NCBI GenBank assembly: GCA_965153455.1 | Contig: OZ234493.1 | Location: 3,224,001-3,288,000, forward strand | Direction: 5' to 3' | Length of the DNA: 64,000 nucleotides | From: Sphagnum compactum | Taxonomy: Eukaryota | Shown here: in pieces, positions 36,331-51,232 of the stretch | Layout of the letters: each line of letters starts with the position of its first letter | Position numbering within the stretch: the stretch's first letter is position 1 | Translations under genes and position numbers: made by a program | Notes under the pieces: model-generated | What the model saw: only the letters and a program-made list of their open reading frames with translations | The model's database searches: none | What the model was told of the DNA's origin: nothing

Positions 36331-39300
36331 CGAATGTTCTAATTGTGTGCTCTTCCTATAAGGTCTCCTAGCCGCCACCCATGTATTGATGCAAACAAGG
36401 ATGAATATTTTGGTGGCCTTTTTCACCACCCCTTGAAGGAAAGGACAAAAAAAAAATAATAATAACAAAAAAAATGCAAAGCTACAATATCGGAAGGATT
36501 GGATGCTAATCAAAATAAAGGGATATGTAAAGGGCATTGAACATCAACTCTAAGATTGTACATGATATGTTGGTATGAACAAGGACGAAGTAAACCCAAA
36601 TGAAAAACATCAATGATGTGTATGGATGCAATCTATGTCCATGCTGAAGAGGGAGGAGAACATGGTAAGTTGGCATGGTATAGTTGAGGGTAACATTACT
36701 TTTGAAATAGATAGTTGCCTATGAACAGTGCATGAAAGTTGGTGTCGTGTTAAACCCCTCCCTGCACTAAATAGATGACTATAAAATGGACAAGGAATGC
36801 AGGGTTGCAGAGGAGAAAACCATACGATAGAAACTGGAGAAACTCCTAGTGGTGTGGCGGGTGAAATGGAAAGAGTGCTAATGGACCAAAAAAGGATGAG
36901 GGGACTAGATGCAGTAAATTGAAAGGGATGGGAATGATGGGCAAATGGATGGAAGTTGAAACACAACTATGCATAGGGGTAAAACTAACTAGTAGCCCTC
37001 CATTAGGTGCCTGCTAGGAGGGTTCGGATGCCCGATGATGTTTTAAGGGACAAAGAACCAATAGAATTTACCATTATTATCCCTGACATAACATATTTGG
37101 TTTAAAATGGAGACCTTAAACACTCATCTTGAAAACCCCTATTCGAAAAACCCCGCAATCCTCCTCAATCTCTAAAATTAGTATTTAAACAAAAGAAATA
37201 CTTTCAAAATGAGAAAAAATTAGAAGGGGACACATGGAAGTAGACTCAGAAAAACCTAAGGAATGGGTGGAAATAGCAAATGAACCTAGCTACAAAAAAA
37301 CCACTATTCGTGTGTGTGTGTGTGTGTAGCTGCTCAAAGGCCTTGCTCGCATACCTTGCTTATTCTGCCTTTCCCCATCTTGTTCTGCCTCACTTTGTCT
37401 TGCCATGTCTGCTCTGCCTTGCCCTTGCCATATTATGATTTGATCCCTCTGTATCTTGAAGGCTCAAATTACATAACTTGAGTATAGAAAAAACCCTAAC
37501 CCCTAAACCTTAAACCATTGATTTCTTTCTTGAGGCACTGTTAAACACTATAGACTGTCACACAAAGACAGCAAAATCATGTTTATTATTTTGTATAAAC
37601 TTTGTGTGTTGAAAATTTCTGAATTAAAAAACCAACCGCTGAGTTAAGATTTGAGATTTAATAAATTATTCGACGATTTGTTGCTGTATCCATTTGGGTG
37701 CTACTGTACCATACAAAATAATTTGTTCCAAGAAAAAAACAAAACAAAGAAGATAATGAAAAATGAAATGAAAAAATTGAGATGAATAGGCAATAGCAAA
37801 GTTAGAGGGCATCCCTTTGTTTACGGGCACTAAAACAAGGGCAGTAGCCTGAGTTTTATGCGACCCAAAAAACAAAAGCAAAGGAATGTAAGTTGGCCTT
37901 GCTCTTCCCTTGTGTGTGTGTGTGTGTGTAAAAACTTGACCTAATTTGGAATCCAACAAGTGACAGGCACCGATTCACAAGGTGTGAAGATTATGCTTTG
38001 TGAAGTGTGCATTTGCAAACTACGAGGAAGATTGTGCCTTGTAAGGAACCTTCAAATTCAAAAAAGCAAAATTAGGTCAGGGCTTTTTTCAAAGGATCTC
38101 AAGTGACAAAACCCCTGTTTCTGGACCAAAGGAACCACCATTGAAACCTAATTCAAGAATCTGTCTACCATTCTTAAAGTGGAATTTAGAACCTGAACTG
38201 GGGTGTTTTAAAACTCCTCTTTCAAAAGGTTCAGGTTCTTTAGGTACACAAATTATAATTCTATTATAAATAAAATAAATTTGATCTTACATTTTAAACA
38301 AGTTATTACATTTGATTGATTGTTATATAATTTATTAATATTACATAATTTTTTTATTTTGGAGTGTGTGTGCTAGTTGAACAAACTAATTGCATTTATA
38401 AAAAAAATTGGGTTTAGTTGTGTGTAATGAAGATGGAACCATTAAATTTTTTCAATGTAGATAACATGGACATAAAAAAGCACATGTTAATTTATTTTGT
38501 TATATAATCATGTAGATGGGTAAAGAAAAAAATGAAATAGTTAGGCTTGGAAGAGGTATATTTTGTTCACTTTGCTTGTTTCTCTTGTGACAATAAATTT
38601 ATTTTTCTTGGTTTCATTAAGTTTGCCTTTGTCTTGCCTTTGTCTTGCCTTTGCTTTTTGCTATGCTTGGCTATTACTCTATTTGACTTTGCTTCATTTT
38701 GTTCACCTTCCATTCAATTTGTTCAACTTTCTTATATGAAGTCTTTCCTTGACTTTGTTTTTCCATTCTTTGGCTTGTGTTTGATTGGATTTGTTCCTTT
38801 CTATAAATCTTTATGGAGTTCCATTTTGTTTTGTTGTTTCACTTGGTTTGGCTTTACTTGTCATTGTTTTGCTTTTCTTTCCTTTGCTTTTAGATTTTTT
38901 CTAACTCGGCTTGATGTGGGTTTTCCATTTATCTTTTCCCTTTCTTTTGCATGGTTTTCCTTTTTTTCCTTTCTTTTGATTTCCTTTGCATGTTCACCAG
39001 TTGCATGTTGTTGCATGTTGCTTGTCACTACTTGTTCCTTCTTATTATTGCGGTCATGCTTTGCCTTTCGTGCTTTCTACTAATATATATTCCTATATCT
39101 TAGGACATCCAAGGATCTTATATATGGATTTGGCTATCAATAATATTTTTAATTTGTATTTATCATATGTTAACTTTTGTTTACCCATTTTTCATTTGGG
39201 CTGGTGAATGGTGTTTTTATGTATATTTACAATTTGATTCTAGTTTATCATCATGTGGATTAGCTTGCAATATCATTTGATTCAATGACATGCGTGAATA

Positions 39301-42300
39301 TATGATTGGGTGAACCCATTAAAACCACCTCAAAGAAATGATAAAAATTTTAAAATTGGTCAAATAATATTTTTGGGCTTTTCTTTATTTTATTTTTTCA
39401 ATTATAGATTGTCTTTTTCTCATGTTTATCCATTTCATGTGAAAATATTTTTATAGCTTAAAGTTTTTATTTAAATAAAAAAAGGTGGGAATCATTACAA
39501 ATTAATATTCATAATTGACCTAACCCCTTAAGGAATCATGTTCTTGAACTTTGGAAATTCATAATTAAATAATAATTATTTTATTAATTATCTAATAGTT
39601 AAATTGAAGTAAATATCATCTAAAATAGTCTTAAAATCATATCCAAAAATAAATAAAATCAAACCTTGTTTCTAAAGTGTTTTTGATCAAAAAGTTAAAG
39701 GAAAACAACCAATGTGACATTCATGAAATTTTTGTAAATGCATTGAATAAGAACATCAAAATTCAAAATATTTTTTATATTATTACAGTTTTAAAGTCTA
39801 TACAACCTAGTTAATATATTGAATTAATTTTTTTTTATACTTTTATAAATTTCAATAAGTGTAAAAAAGTGTGTATAAAAATGAAGATGTGATGTTCTTA
39901 GTGATACCACCCAATCAACTTTCACCCATGTAAGGTTTTCCATAATAATAATTGAAAAATCACATACAATCCAATATAATTCAAATTGGAATTGATTTTG
40001 AATGCAACCTCATCCCAATATATTTCATATGTTAATTATTTAATTTATATAAGATAGATAATCATTGGGCATTGTCTTCGTTCATAAAAAAATTAAATTG
40101 ATGTTGAAACCAATGTAGTGTGGGGATTTCCTTTGAGGAGAATATGCAGTCTTAAATTTTATATATTTAAAAAATATGATAACCCTTTTAGGTAGGATTT
40201 AATTTGTTTTAATGGTGTTAAGACCTTCAAATATGGCTCCCTTTTACTTTTCACGTACATGATGGTTATTGAATATAAGGGCTAAGCTATTTTGAGAAAG
40301 ATGTAGTTTCGGATGTGGTTAAGGTTTAGGTTATATTTTATTCAAGTTGAGTAGTCAAACTAGTTTTCCTATTCATCACACAAACTATCCCAAAAAATAC
40401 AACAAGAACAACAAATTGAAATACATGTTTTGAAACAAAATGACATTCAATTTGTCACATTATGTTATAGTTTCAAGGACATGAGGAAGATGATGGTGGC
40501 CTCTGAAGCACATCCCCAAAAGACAATTGAAACAAAAGAGCAAGACCAGTGATAGGAGGAAAGAAAAGCTCTAGAGGAGAAAGCTTAGAGGAGAAAACTA
40601 TGGGGGGTAGGAAAAAACTTAAACCCTAGAATACCCAAATTTGCTTAAACACTTCAACCCCAAGGCAGTCCTAGATTAGATCATTCCAATGGATCCCCAG
40701 GTTGGTCATTTTGGTTCCAACCAGGTTTTTGCCTCCAAGTGAGTTCTTGGTTAAAGTTCCTAAGGCAGTTTTGGGGTCTAACCTAGATTCCAAAACTCAA
40801 CCTTGATACCCAAAACCTGAACTTTCAGTTGTAACATTGTGATCTAGAAACTCTCATAACACTAGTTGAAACTTGAAGTGTATTATATCTCTAGCACTTT
40901 CCAAAAATGACATTGAATTTGATTCAAAACTCTTAAGTTTGGGAAATCAATGAATGCAGACCACACCAAACAACATGCCACATGGTAGTTTGGATATATC
41001 GATGATAGCCTAATCGAGTTCAATGACTAGATTCCTTTTCATGGAACTTTTGAGTTCAAATGCATGCCACAACTTGTACATAAACCCACCTACATTGGTA
41101 TAGTGATAAAAATCGGAATCTTTCTTGGGTTTGTTGGGTTATTTAACCCTTCAACTAAATGAGGATCCTTCAACATTTCCCAGCTTAATTATAACCTATA
41201 AGGGGGCCTCAAGGTGAAGTGCTGGTTCACATGGGCTACATCCCTAGAAATCACTTCTGCAATCATGTGACCGATGTTGAGGTGGACTATAGAAAGTATT
41301 GGATTTGTTTTAAATTTTTGTTTATAGTTTTGGCAAGGATTAAGGATTTCATGTAGCCAAAATATTGTTTCGGGAAAAACCCTTTAATCTCATGACCAAA
41401 GGATATTCTAGTTTGATTTTTTTGGAAATTTTAAAAAATGGCCAAATTCTATATGAAGTTCCAGTAGGTAGCTAGAGGGATGCTTAAAATTCTTAGTTTC
41501 ATATTTTCTTTATAGCCATATTTGGCTAAATTCTCTTACGTGATAAGCCCCTGCCCATTACCTTCAGTAAGGCACCTGGTGTGCCCACTAGGGCAAGCCA
41601 GGTGGTGACACACCCAACATACTGGGCAAGGCTGCAACCATTCCGTGACATTAAGAGGTCTGGGGTGGCAGATTCAACAATTGAAAAAACATAACAAATC
41701 ATGTTCAAAAGAAAATTTGGTCACTATTGAAGTGTATGATTACCAGAAGATTACATCATATAACATGATCAAGAAAACAACATAATCTGGCACCCACGAC
41801 CTTAGTATTATCGTGTTTCTGTGTTATTGACATTATGCTATGTTCTTTATCCTGAGGTATATTGCAATTAACAAATTTTTTGGTCATTTCATTTCTTGTT
41901 GAAATTCATGATTTGAACAATAAAGTTATCTGTAAAGTCACCTTCTCTTTCACCCCCTATTCCCTCTGCTTTTACCCCCTATCCTCTCTTTCATTGGTAT
42001 CCACAAAGTAAGGAAATTTTATTAAATCTCAGGATGAAATGCTGAGTTTCAGCATTTAATGCACAAGGTTCAAGAGTAATTATAGTAGTTGTACAAGTAG
42101 GAGCAGTGAAAATATATGTAGAAGCAGTGGAAGCGCTCCGGAAAATGAAAAGACCCCATGAAACTCAGTTTACCACCAAAATTGGTGAAAAATCGTTTGG
42201 GTCCCAGTCATTACCTTTTGTAAAATTTTCATTTCCAGTTTTGCGTTTGATGCCCTATTATGCTGAAATCGGCCATTCTCGCCCCTTAATTGCCTGACTT

Positions 42301-42740
42301 TACAGATAACTGTAATGTACAAAAAAGTTTACCCATCACCATCTGTATTTTGTCTATCATGGGTGAAATTCATTGATCACAATCCAATTTTGCATCTGGC
42401 CTGGTATTGAAAGATCAATATAGTACAACCAAATATCAAATGGTGACACATGGCTCATGATCCATCTAGGTCAGTAACTTCATATCCTCAGACTGGAACT
42501 CCCTATGCAGAGAACTCTGTGAGCACATAAACCCTACAAAATAAGTCAACTCCATATGCCCATAGCAAATGACATCACGATGGTAAAATTTACCACTGAA
42601 TCATATAAGGACCTTACTGTGAGAGGAGAAACAAGGTCCTAGCACATACTGGAAACATTACTCCTAAAGTTCCAAATTGTCAGTTCTACGGACACATTTT
42701 ACAATGTCGTAAAATTGTGCCTGAAACCAGTTTCCACCTT

Positions 42741-45700
42741 CTAGGGCTGCTGTACAGGAGCATAGACCGAGTACCTGTTGTGACCCGGAGAGAAGCTTGG
42801 ACGGTCAGACACAGATGTATGATGCGTTTGCATTAATGGATACCCCATATGCACACCCAGCCCATTCCTGACATTGTTGCTCCCTGCTTGCATCCCTACA
42901 TTTGTTACTGGCCAGTAGTGTGACAAAACCCCATCAGGAAAGCCATGCTGTGAATTGTGCAGTTTTACTAAGGGCTGGTGGGAAAAAGGTGTAGTCATTT
43001 GCCTGCTATCTGCAAGACTGTCACTGTTGCAATTGCCTTCCATGCCGTGCAAGTATGAGAGATCCACATCTGCAGCCCTCTTGGTGCCATCCACCTCAAG
43101 GCTGCTAACAGCACCCATTCCATCCGCACGACGCTGGCCATAGTGGTTGAGTGTGTGCAGTCCAGTGTGTTGCCCGAGAATTGAAAGATGGTGGTTCAAC
43201 CCTTGACTTGCCCCAGGGTGCTGCAGCATCGCACTAAAAGCCATGCCAAAGCCTTGATCATCCTCTAACAAGTCATTAATAATGTCAAGGTGAGGAAACT
43301 CTTCTGACATTACAGTCCCGCTGTTCATCGATTCCCTCAGTGTCACCAGATTGGGTGCATGCCTGACCCCACCCAAACCTGTATTTTCATGCAATAACCT
43401 TTCATGTGACTGCTGGTGGTGATGTTGAGAGATAATCATATGCTCAACTCGAGGATACATCAAATGTTGCCTTGCTTGCTCTAGCTCATCTTGCTCATGA
43501 GAAAATATCTGATGAACTGGTGGCTGCTGTTTTGACTTTAAGAGACTCTCCTGTATCTGTTTCTTTTGCAGCTGCTCTTGCTCTTGCTGCTGTTGGTGCT
43601 GAAGCATCTCAGGAGTGACAGTTCCAAATGTAATGCCCACTGGGGAGCACCTGCCTCCTGCACTCTCTTGCCCACTACAGTCATCTTGTGAAGCCAAACT
43701 ATGCCCTATATATTCAGTTCTTGAGGAGGATATAGGTGAACTTGTACTTGCTGCTGTAGTTGAGGGTACCAAAGGGGGTGATGATACCAGTGTAGAAATG
43801 CTGGAAGTGGCTGGAGTGCTGACCTGATTTGGCACGGAGTGCCCATTTGAGCTGCCCATATATGAAGCTGATCTCTGCACCCCTGGTATGGGTGCTAGAA
43901 TCCCTCCCATTACACTAGGTGCCAATGTGACAGGGTATGTAGTGACACCAAGAGAACCTTTCAGCTTGCCTGCTGCAGCATTTCTATACAAGGCATCAAC
44001 AGGAGGGCTATTAGGGGTAACTGACTCATTGCTGTGAGATCCCCCATTGGCTTCAACCCCATTTCCTACATGCCCTGTGGCCCCAACGCAGTGAGAGACT
44101 GGAAAAGGAATAGCTGGTTTATCTCCCAAGCCCAGCACACTAGTTGGTTGGGCGGGTCCTACTGCTGGGGAAGTGCTTGAAGTATCCTCAACCCCTGCTG
44201 GAATTAAAAGCACAGATGGAAATGAAGGAATGCCCATGTGTGATGGAGAAGATGGTTCATTTTTATGACTTCTTCCTGGGGCATGCCTGTCTGCAACAAC
44301 ATCCAGCTTTGCTGTATTGACACCAAAACTGCTTCTAGTGTTGTCACCATTGCTGCCTACATGAGATGGAAACAATTCACCTACAGGTGATAGGTGGCCA
44401 TTGGACGTCACAGAGTGGCCATTCATGGTTGGCATTTCCTTACTAGATCTTGTTACCTTTTCACCATCAGGAGTCTCTGCACCATCTGAAAGAAGTGAAG
44501 AGGTTGAAACTTCACTTCTGCTCTCCTCTGCATGAACAGAGCCTGTGCTACAAAGGAGACCAAGCCCTGATGTATCAGAAACTTTTTCCAGTCCCATCTG
44601 GTGCTGAAACAGACTCAGCCGCTCTTGTAGAAGGACCACTTCCTCCTCCTGCACACCAACCGTGCATGCAACTTCATTCAATGGAACTCAAACACTAGAC
44701 CTTGAGCCCATCAAATGTTACTAGCACAGCTGCAAGCCATGAATCCTGCCAAACAAAGTCTTGTCTGCCCCTTCAGATAACAAAATGACATATGGCGCAT
44801 GGAATATACCTTTTCAAAGAGGCGTTGCTCAAGCCAGTGCACCCGCTCCTTAAGAGAAAGGATGACTGTTTGGGTATCAACCCCTGCAAGGCTACAGCTA
44901 CTGCTAGCCTTAACAGGACCACTGAGATCCATTCCAGTCAATTGTGCAATGCCTTCAGTCTCCATAAAGTTCCCAACAGTCTCATACACCTCATTATCTG
45001 CTCTGCTTCTTCCTCTACACCATTCAGCAGTAAATCCACAGTAAGCATTTTGGGTTTGTCACAGAAACCAACAAAAGAAGTATCCCTGGAGCAGAACCAA
45101 GATGTGAGAAACATAACAGAAAGAAGAACAACATGAGTAGGACAATGAGAAGGATGAGCCTTCTCCAGAACCTAGTGTTCAGCCAAAGTATCACATTTCG
45201 CAAATACCCTACAGCACAAGGAGAAGAGGAAACAAACCTGCTAGAAGTATGATTTTGGTCTGTCATGCTGGGTTGTGAGTCAAATGAGTCATTCAAAGAG
45301 GGCCGCACCGATGGGAGGGAATCTGATGAGCAAGTGGAGGAACTATCATCTAAAGCTGAAGCTTGGTGCTTCAGTTCATCCTTCCCATTCTGTGCCAAAC
45401 CCTCTTCCAAAACTGCTCCGCTGAATCCTGCAACTTCCATTCCACTTTGACCATATGAGCCAGCCCCTCTCTCCCAGCCTGTGTGGTCATTATCTCCATC
45501 CTCCATTGCCAGTCCCAATGTGCCCACCACATCAACTACTGTATCCATCCCACTTGAATCATGTTCTTCCTTTCCTGTGTCTGCAGGGTTAAGCAGCAGG
45601 ATTTCAGATTCCTTCAGTAGCCTTTCCTTTGGTCTCAAAACAGCAGATTGCTGTTGAAAACTTTCCTGTTCCAACTGAGAACATTTCTCCTCAGGCTCTT

Positions 45701-48700
45701 TATCCTTCTCCTTGCGATCCTTCCTCCTTTGTTTTGCCTGCAGACACACACTGCCATAATAAAAAAATAGACCAAAATGGTGAAGCTCAGGTGGTCACAA
45801 CAGGCAACCAAGTTTCATCTCAGAATATATTACAACTGGTCTTCATCTGGAAAACTTCTGAACTTCTCACTTCATCCCTCCATAGGAACTGAACCTGTTT
45901 CTTTCTGGAGCGCTTCTCTCTCTCAGCTGCCTCACGCTTGGCTCGAAGTTCAGTCTCAGCTTGCCCTGCAGCTTCTTCCTCTCGGATTAGCTCTTCCTGC
46001 CTTTTCAATGCAACTGCCTCCCGATATGCAACTTCCACACGGTTGCTGCACCATGCAACTCCACATAGTTGAGAGAGGTTGCAAAACATGATAAGAAATA
46101 CAGGAGACCTAGAGTATGTATTTCTTGTCACAATGGAGGCATAGGTATTGTCACATTGCCACCTACGTGTAAAGATGGGCAAGCACAAACATTTCCACGG
46201 TGCGTCTGCCAAGTTCTGTTAGCCGCTGCTCATCACGTTCCACAGAATCCTTCCCAATATCATCTGCAGCACTAATATCCTGAAGCCCACCAACTACTGT
46301 AAGCTCCCAATCCTACTGTAACTGTGTTTCTAACAAAGAGGACAATATAGATCTTGGTTGTATTTGAATGAATAAACTAAGGAAACTAATGAATGAAAAC
46401 ACTTGTCTCTTAGCAGAGGGCATGTGTAAGGTAAAAAAACAAAAAGTTCAAAACATGCATGTTGGTATCAAGGTCATGTGCAATCAAGCACTGAGAGAAG
46501 CATGGAAAGAAGGATAACCTTTGTTCGACTTTGTGGACCCTTGTCATCCTTGTATGGGGGTAGTGTTTCAGACACAACACGCTCCAGCAACAACAACACA
46601 TCCCCAGCAAGCACAAATGCATCCTTGTCCACCCAAACCACAAGACTGATGGTCTCCTCCATATCTACTCCATCTGCCTTTCCCTTCTTACTGTGGCTCC
46701 TATAGGCAAGGGCCTTGCACCCACTGTAGAGGGCATCCATAACCAAAGTTGAGGTCACTTCCTTCTCATTGAAAAATCGCTTCACAATTGCCTTCAATAT
46801 CACATCAGTCTTCTCATGTGCTAACTGCCAGCGAGTGCCATCATCCACTGCCGACCAGAATGCTTGAAAGCTGCAGATAAGGCACGTGTTCCAGAAGTTG
46901 TCAATATCCAGGACATTTCACTCTCTCCTACTTATTTCTATACACACATTATACACATGATATAAAGCAACTCCCTCTCCATAATTTGGTTTGTTTCTCT
47001 TGCCCTTCACTTTCTTCTCCAAAACAAACTGCAACTGATATGACAACGGCAAGTTCATATATATATCTACAAGATTGCAGAAAAAAGTCCACAATAACAT
47101 TTTGAAGGTAACTGTTCTGTCAGTTCCAGCAAAACGAAAACTAACATGACAAGAATGAGTGCAATCATAACCTTATGAATGTCATTCACAAAGATCAGAC
47201 CATCACCTTCATCACAAATAGCAGTGACTAGCTCCCATTACTCCCCACTGACTTCATCAGCTCTGACAGTGGGTGTAGATAGACATATATAATCTGCCGA
47301 CATTTTTTGGCAAACAATTATACAAAAAAACTGCATCCTGAGTTTCTGTTGCATTTCTGGAGGCAAGCTATTGGTTACAGCAAGCAACTACATACACCTG
47401 CAGCCTCTCTCTTGCCAAACAATCATATAAAGATTCAGTTTTGTTCTACCTGGTCCACCTAGCTGTGTCTTCCACAAGCTTTCCCAACTTCTCTCGCTTC
47501 TCTTCCACAAATCGTCGGCAGATGCCTTCAACATTTGTCAAGTAGACACGTACAAGCTCCCTCCGATATTGGGAATCCAGGCAGCGAAATGGGCAGTGGG
47601 GATTCTCCCTGTGGGAAGAGTAAAAGGACTGGTGAAAAAGCTAGTGGACATCACTCATACTCCTCCACTTGCCTGTTGCAATGGATGAATATTGAGAAAA
47701 TTAGCAAAACTTCCTTCAATACCAGTTTATACTATGTAAGTCATGACAAAGGCACAGGCAGATACCTGATAACCTGCACTTGGGCTTTGATGACAAGCGT
47801 GTTGGCCACTGTAAAACCGTCCAATATTTTTGATAGCTCCATGAACTTCTTCCAGCCCCAATCATGCTCCTTTTTGCAAAACCTATGTAATGTGTCTGCA
47901 GCCCCAAAAAACTTGTAAGAAAGTTGACAGTCCACAAAAAGAATACTGCAGACAGCATCATGAGTGCACTGGGCTATGACTCTTAAGACAGACTGGGGAG
48001 ATATTCCTGGGCAGTAATCTAAAATGTAGAAGTATTGAAGGCAGACAAGCAGCCGAGAGGTTTTAAGATGCGTGCAACCATCACCAATCACTCAGGAAAA
48101 AAAGATACCAACTGTCATTTCACCCAGAACATCCAATCCTACAGATGCAATGGTGACAAGTGATTAATCTCGATTCTCTGCAGGCTAAGAACATTTATAA
48201 AGACTGCCTACAATCAAGTCACCAGGTAAAATAATTGACAAAACATCAGCTGCCCGACCCTATATAAACTTAGCTAGAGAGGCTTCATGTACACAAGCAC
48301 CCAGTGCAGAGAACCCTAGGACAGGACCACAAAACCTCATGTCTTCAATAGCAATGAAAGCTCATGTGACCTTAAGATAAGACCTGAAATGACCTCAACT
48401 CCTGGAAAGGGGTCACAATTTTCACTTGATACACTGGCCAACGCAACCATTAAAACTAGTCTGGTGCCATTCTCCACAACATCCACAACCATCCACAATC
48501 ATCCACAGCCATTATCTTAGAGGGTTCAGTTATGGCAACATTACCAGAGTACTTTGACTTTTTTAGATCCTTATTGACAACAGCAATAGTGAACTGAGCA
48601 AAGTGGCTCCAACCTGCAGCACCATGAAAAATAAACAACATCCACCAACATCATCTGGCAGTTTCCCTGCGAAAGGGAAACTCAGGACAAAGTGTAGGAA

Positions 48701-50759
48701 ATTGACCAAAAAAAAAAGAGATGAAAACAGTTGTTAATCTACAACAATAACCAAGAGAGTTCGTTTGATCTATTACCAGGTAAGAGCTTGTCATAGTCGG
48801 CAACACACAGAAACAGTGACAGATGGTTGCAAACATCACACCCTTGAGGATAAACAAGGATATACCTGGCAAAAAGGGAAAAAACAAGCAGGTACACTTA
48901 GACCTTTCTCAAACAACCTTACAAAAACAGTAACAATCTCTTACCAGACACTTCTCTTACTCCTCACAAGGCAAACATACCCACTGCTACATAGAACAGG
49001 AGACAAAGCAAAACACTTCAAGTATCTCCCATTAGTGATGAAGAAAGAACCATCCAAGGTAACAAAGGTGCAGAGATATTGAAATGAATCTCTGACGAGG
49101 GCTGCTTGAGATTCCTGTAGATCTCACTTGCGGCCAAAATCAGAAGTCTGTGAACGTTCCAGACCAATGCAGCTAAGATGTTGCTTGCTTTAAATTGAAA
49201 CTATCAGGCAAGCAGCAGAAGATCTCAACATGCTCCAACAAACTTTCCCCAGGAAAAACATCTCACCACTTGTAGCCACCAACTTCAAAGACATTGCTGC
49301 GAAGCTCTCGTTTGCTAATTTCTGAAAAGTTCTCAATCTTCCATGTGAACTTCCCATAGAGATCAGTTGGCTTTGGACCTGCATAAATACCTTCTCCTGG
49401 AATTAGCACTGCCCTTGCAAAATCATCAACAGCACCCTATAACTGTACAAGAATATCAGGCTCCAATCCAGAATGAAAGCTGTACATTCAGTACATGAGC
49501 TATAGAAGGTCATGAATGACTAAAACTTGGTTCAAGATCAAATGTACCCAATCAAAGTGAAAGGCAAACCAAATAGAACCAACCAGAAAGATTGATCAAC
49601 AATACATTCAAATTGAACATCTCTCACCATGCAACACCAGCAAAGAATCAAGAGCAATACCTCAAAGTCCTGGAGTTAGGCTAGTGGCAAACAGCCACAT
49701 CACAAGGTTTTGAATTGATGGCTATGAGGAGCTAGGGGGAGGAGGTTCTGGATGTTTTAACAAAGTGCTAGTTCAAGTGCCTATGTCTGGGCCATGAGAG
49801 TGGAAGTGCAATGTGGTGCAACTGTGTCCACCCTAACATAAAAGGATAGGGTGTAAAGTCGTGATCAGTGGCAGACTGCTACCTTCAGTTCTGATCCTGA
49901 GCTTAGTAGACATCAATGAGTTGCTCTACTGGTGTAAACCTATTGATTGATCATATGTTGTTGAGTAAACAGAAGGCACCAATTTCACAGGCAAATAACA
50001 TAGTTGATTTGGGAGGTTGGAACTACAACCTTGAACCTTGCCAACCAATTACACTACCCCAAAATCAACAATGCTCGACCACAAACCCTAATTCACAACA
50101 TTAGCAATCCAGAACACTTTTGGAGAAACAGACTTGATCACAAGGACTGAGGAGGACAAACAAAGGTTTCCAGTAAACAACAAACAGAAATCATCGAGAA
50201 CTACAGAAACAAGGTAGTAGGAGCAGAGTCAAGGACGTGAAGCTGAACCATAGAAGGCCCTGGCATAAAACATAGCAACAAATGTTCTTGTGCAGAAAGA
50301 TGGGTTTTTTTTCAGGTGAAAGGCACAATAGATTCTAGGAGCACCGAAATAATTGTCGTAATGCTGTGTGCACATTCTCACATGCATAAACCTTGGCAAA
50401 CGGGGAACGCATAACCGACTAGGGCTATGAGAAAACCGAAACCTAAACTGAATCAGTATAGCTCTACGTTCAGGCATCGCGACAATATGGCGGTGCACGG
50501 AAACAATAGTATTTCGAACAAGACAGTGAAAAAATATAGAAGATTGCAAGAAGAGCTACCTACCAGTCATGGAAGACGAATTGAAGTCATCCTCCTCATC
50601 TGTGTCCCAGTACGCAGGCGAAGTCGAAGGTGGCGACGCCTCGAGCTGCTCACGTGAGCGCCATTCCGAAATAGAATCTGATGAAGAATTCATTTTTGAC
50701 GACATGGGTCCCTCGGACATCACACTTCCCCCTATATCTCCCCTGGAATGACACGCCAT
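42741..50759 (-). CDS. MATH/TRAF-domain protein of the TRAF1a/b (MUSE13/14) type, ~1327 aa, 12 exons
   Basis: Exons 50759-50564, 49378-49267, 48865-48777, 48613-48545, 47895-47766, 47608-47450, 46870-46519, 46279-46167, 46045-45895, 45737-45238, 45014-44810, 44648-42741; GT-AG, in frame. Motifs: EWRS.EQ..PPSTSPAYWDTD, YGKFTWKIENFSEISKRELRS..FEVGGYKW, HDWGWKKFMELSK, EAVALKRQEELIREEE, EEFPHLDIINDLLE. Confidence 0.93.
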
Positions 50760-51202
50760 CTCTACTACCAGAAAACTCCTCGTCCGTCTCTTCTCTCCCT
50801 CTCTCTCTCTCTCTTCCTCACCCTGTTACAAACAACCTGGAGAAGGCCTGCGAGAACCAACCTCTGGCTTCACATCACCATTTCCCTCACTCCACTGTCA
50901 AACCCTAGGCAGCAACCACCCCTACAAACTGGAGTTTCAAACCCTAGCCCTGTCTATATATAGATTTTTTGGGTTTTCCCTCGCATATTATTGTTCGTCA
51001 TACTCTCTCCTTCCTCACTCGCTCCAGAAGACGAAGACGCAAAAGAGCAGCAAACTCAATTCAGGGCGTCAGAGCTTTCTGTGGTGCGAATGGATTCGAT
51101 GAGTGGAGAGCGCGAGAGGAGAGGCGGAGGGACAGCGAGAGAGAGAGAGAAAGCGCGAGAGAGAAGAAGGGGGTGGAATGTTCGGAAAGGGCCGGGCCGG
51201 GA

Positions 51203-51232
51203 AACGGTTTGCGACCCGGTCAACGGAAACGG
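51203..51232. promoter_or_regulatory. Cluster of three AACGG (MSA-core-like) motifs upstream of the MATH/TRAF gene
   Basis: AACGG at 51203, 51222 and 51228 in a GC-rich patch next to the CT-rich 5' leader. Confidence 0.3.

Noticed and set aside
38547-39083. 178-aa Phe/Leu/Cys-rich ORF that looks like a membrane protein
   Set aside because: It arises from T-rich low-complexity (ttgcct/tttgc) repeat sequence, starts at TTG and has no recognisable domain.
47451-47459. Alternative in-frame donor AG|GTGGAC in exon 6 of the TRAF gene
   Set aside because: The donor at 47450 (AG|GTAGAA) keeps the family-typical RWTSF sequence and was preferred.
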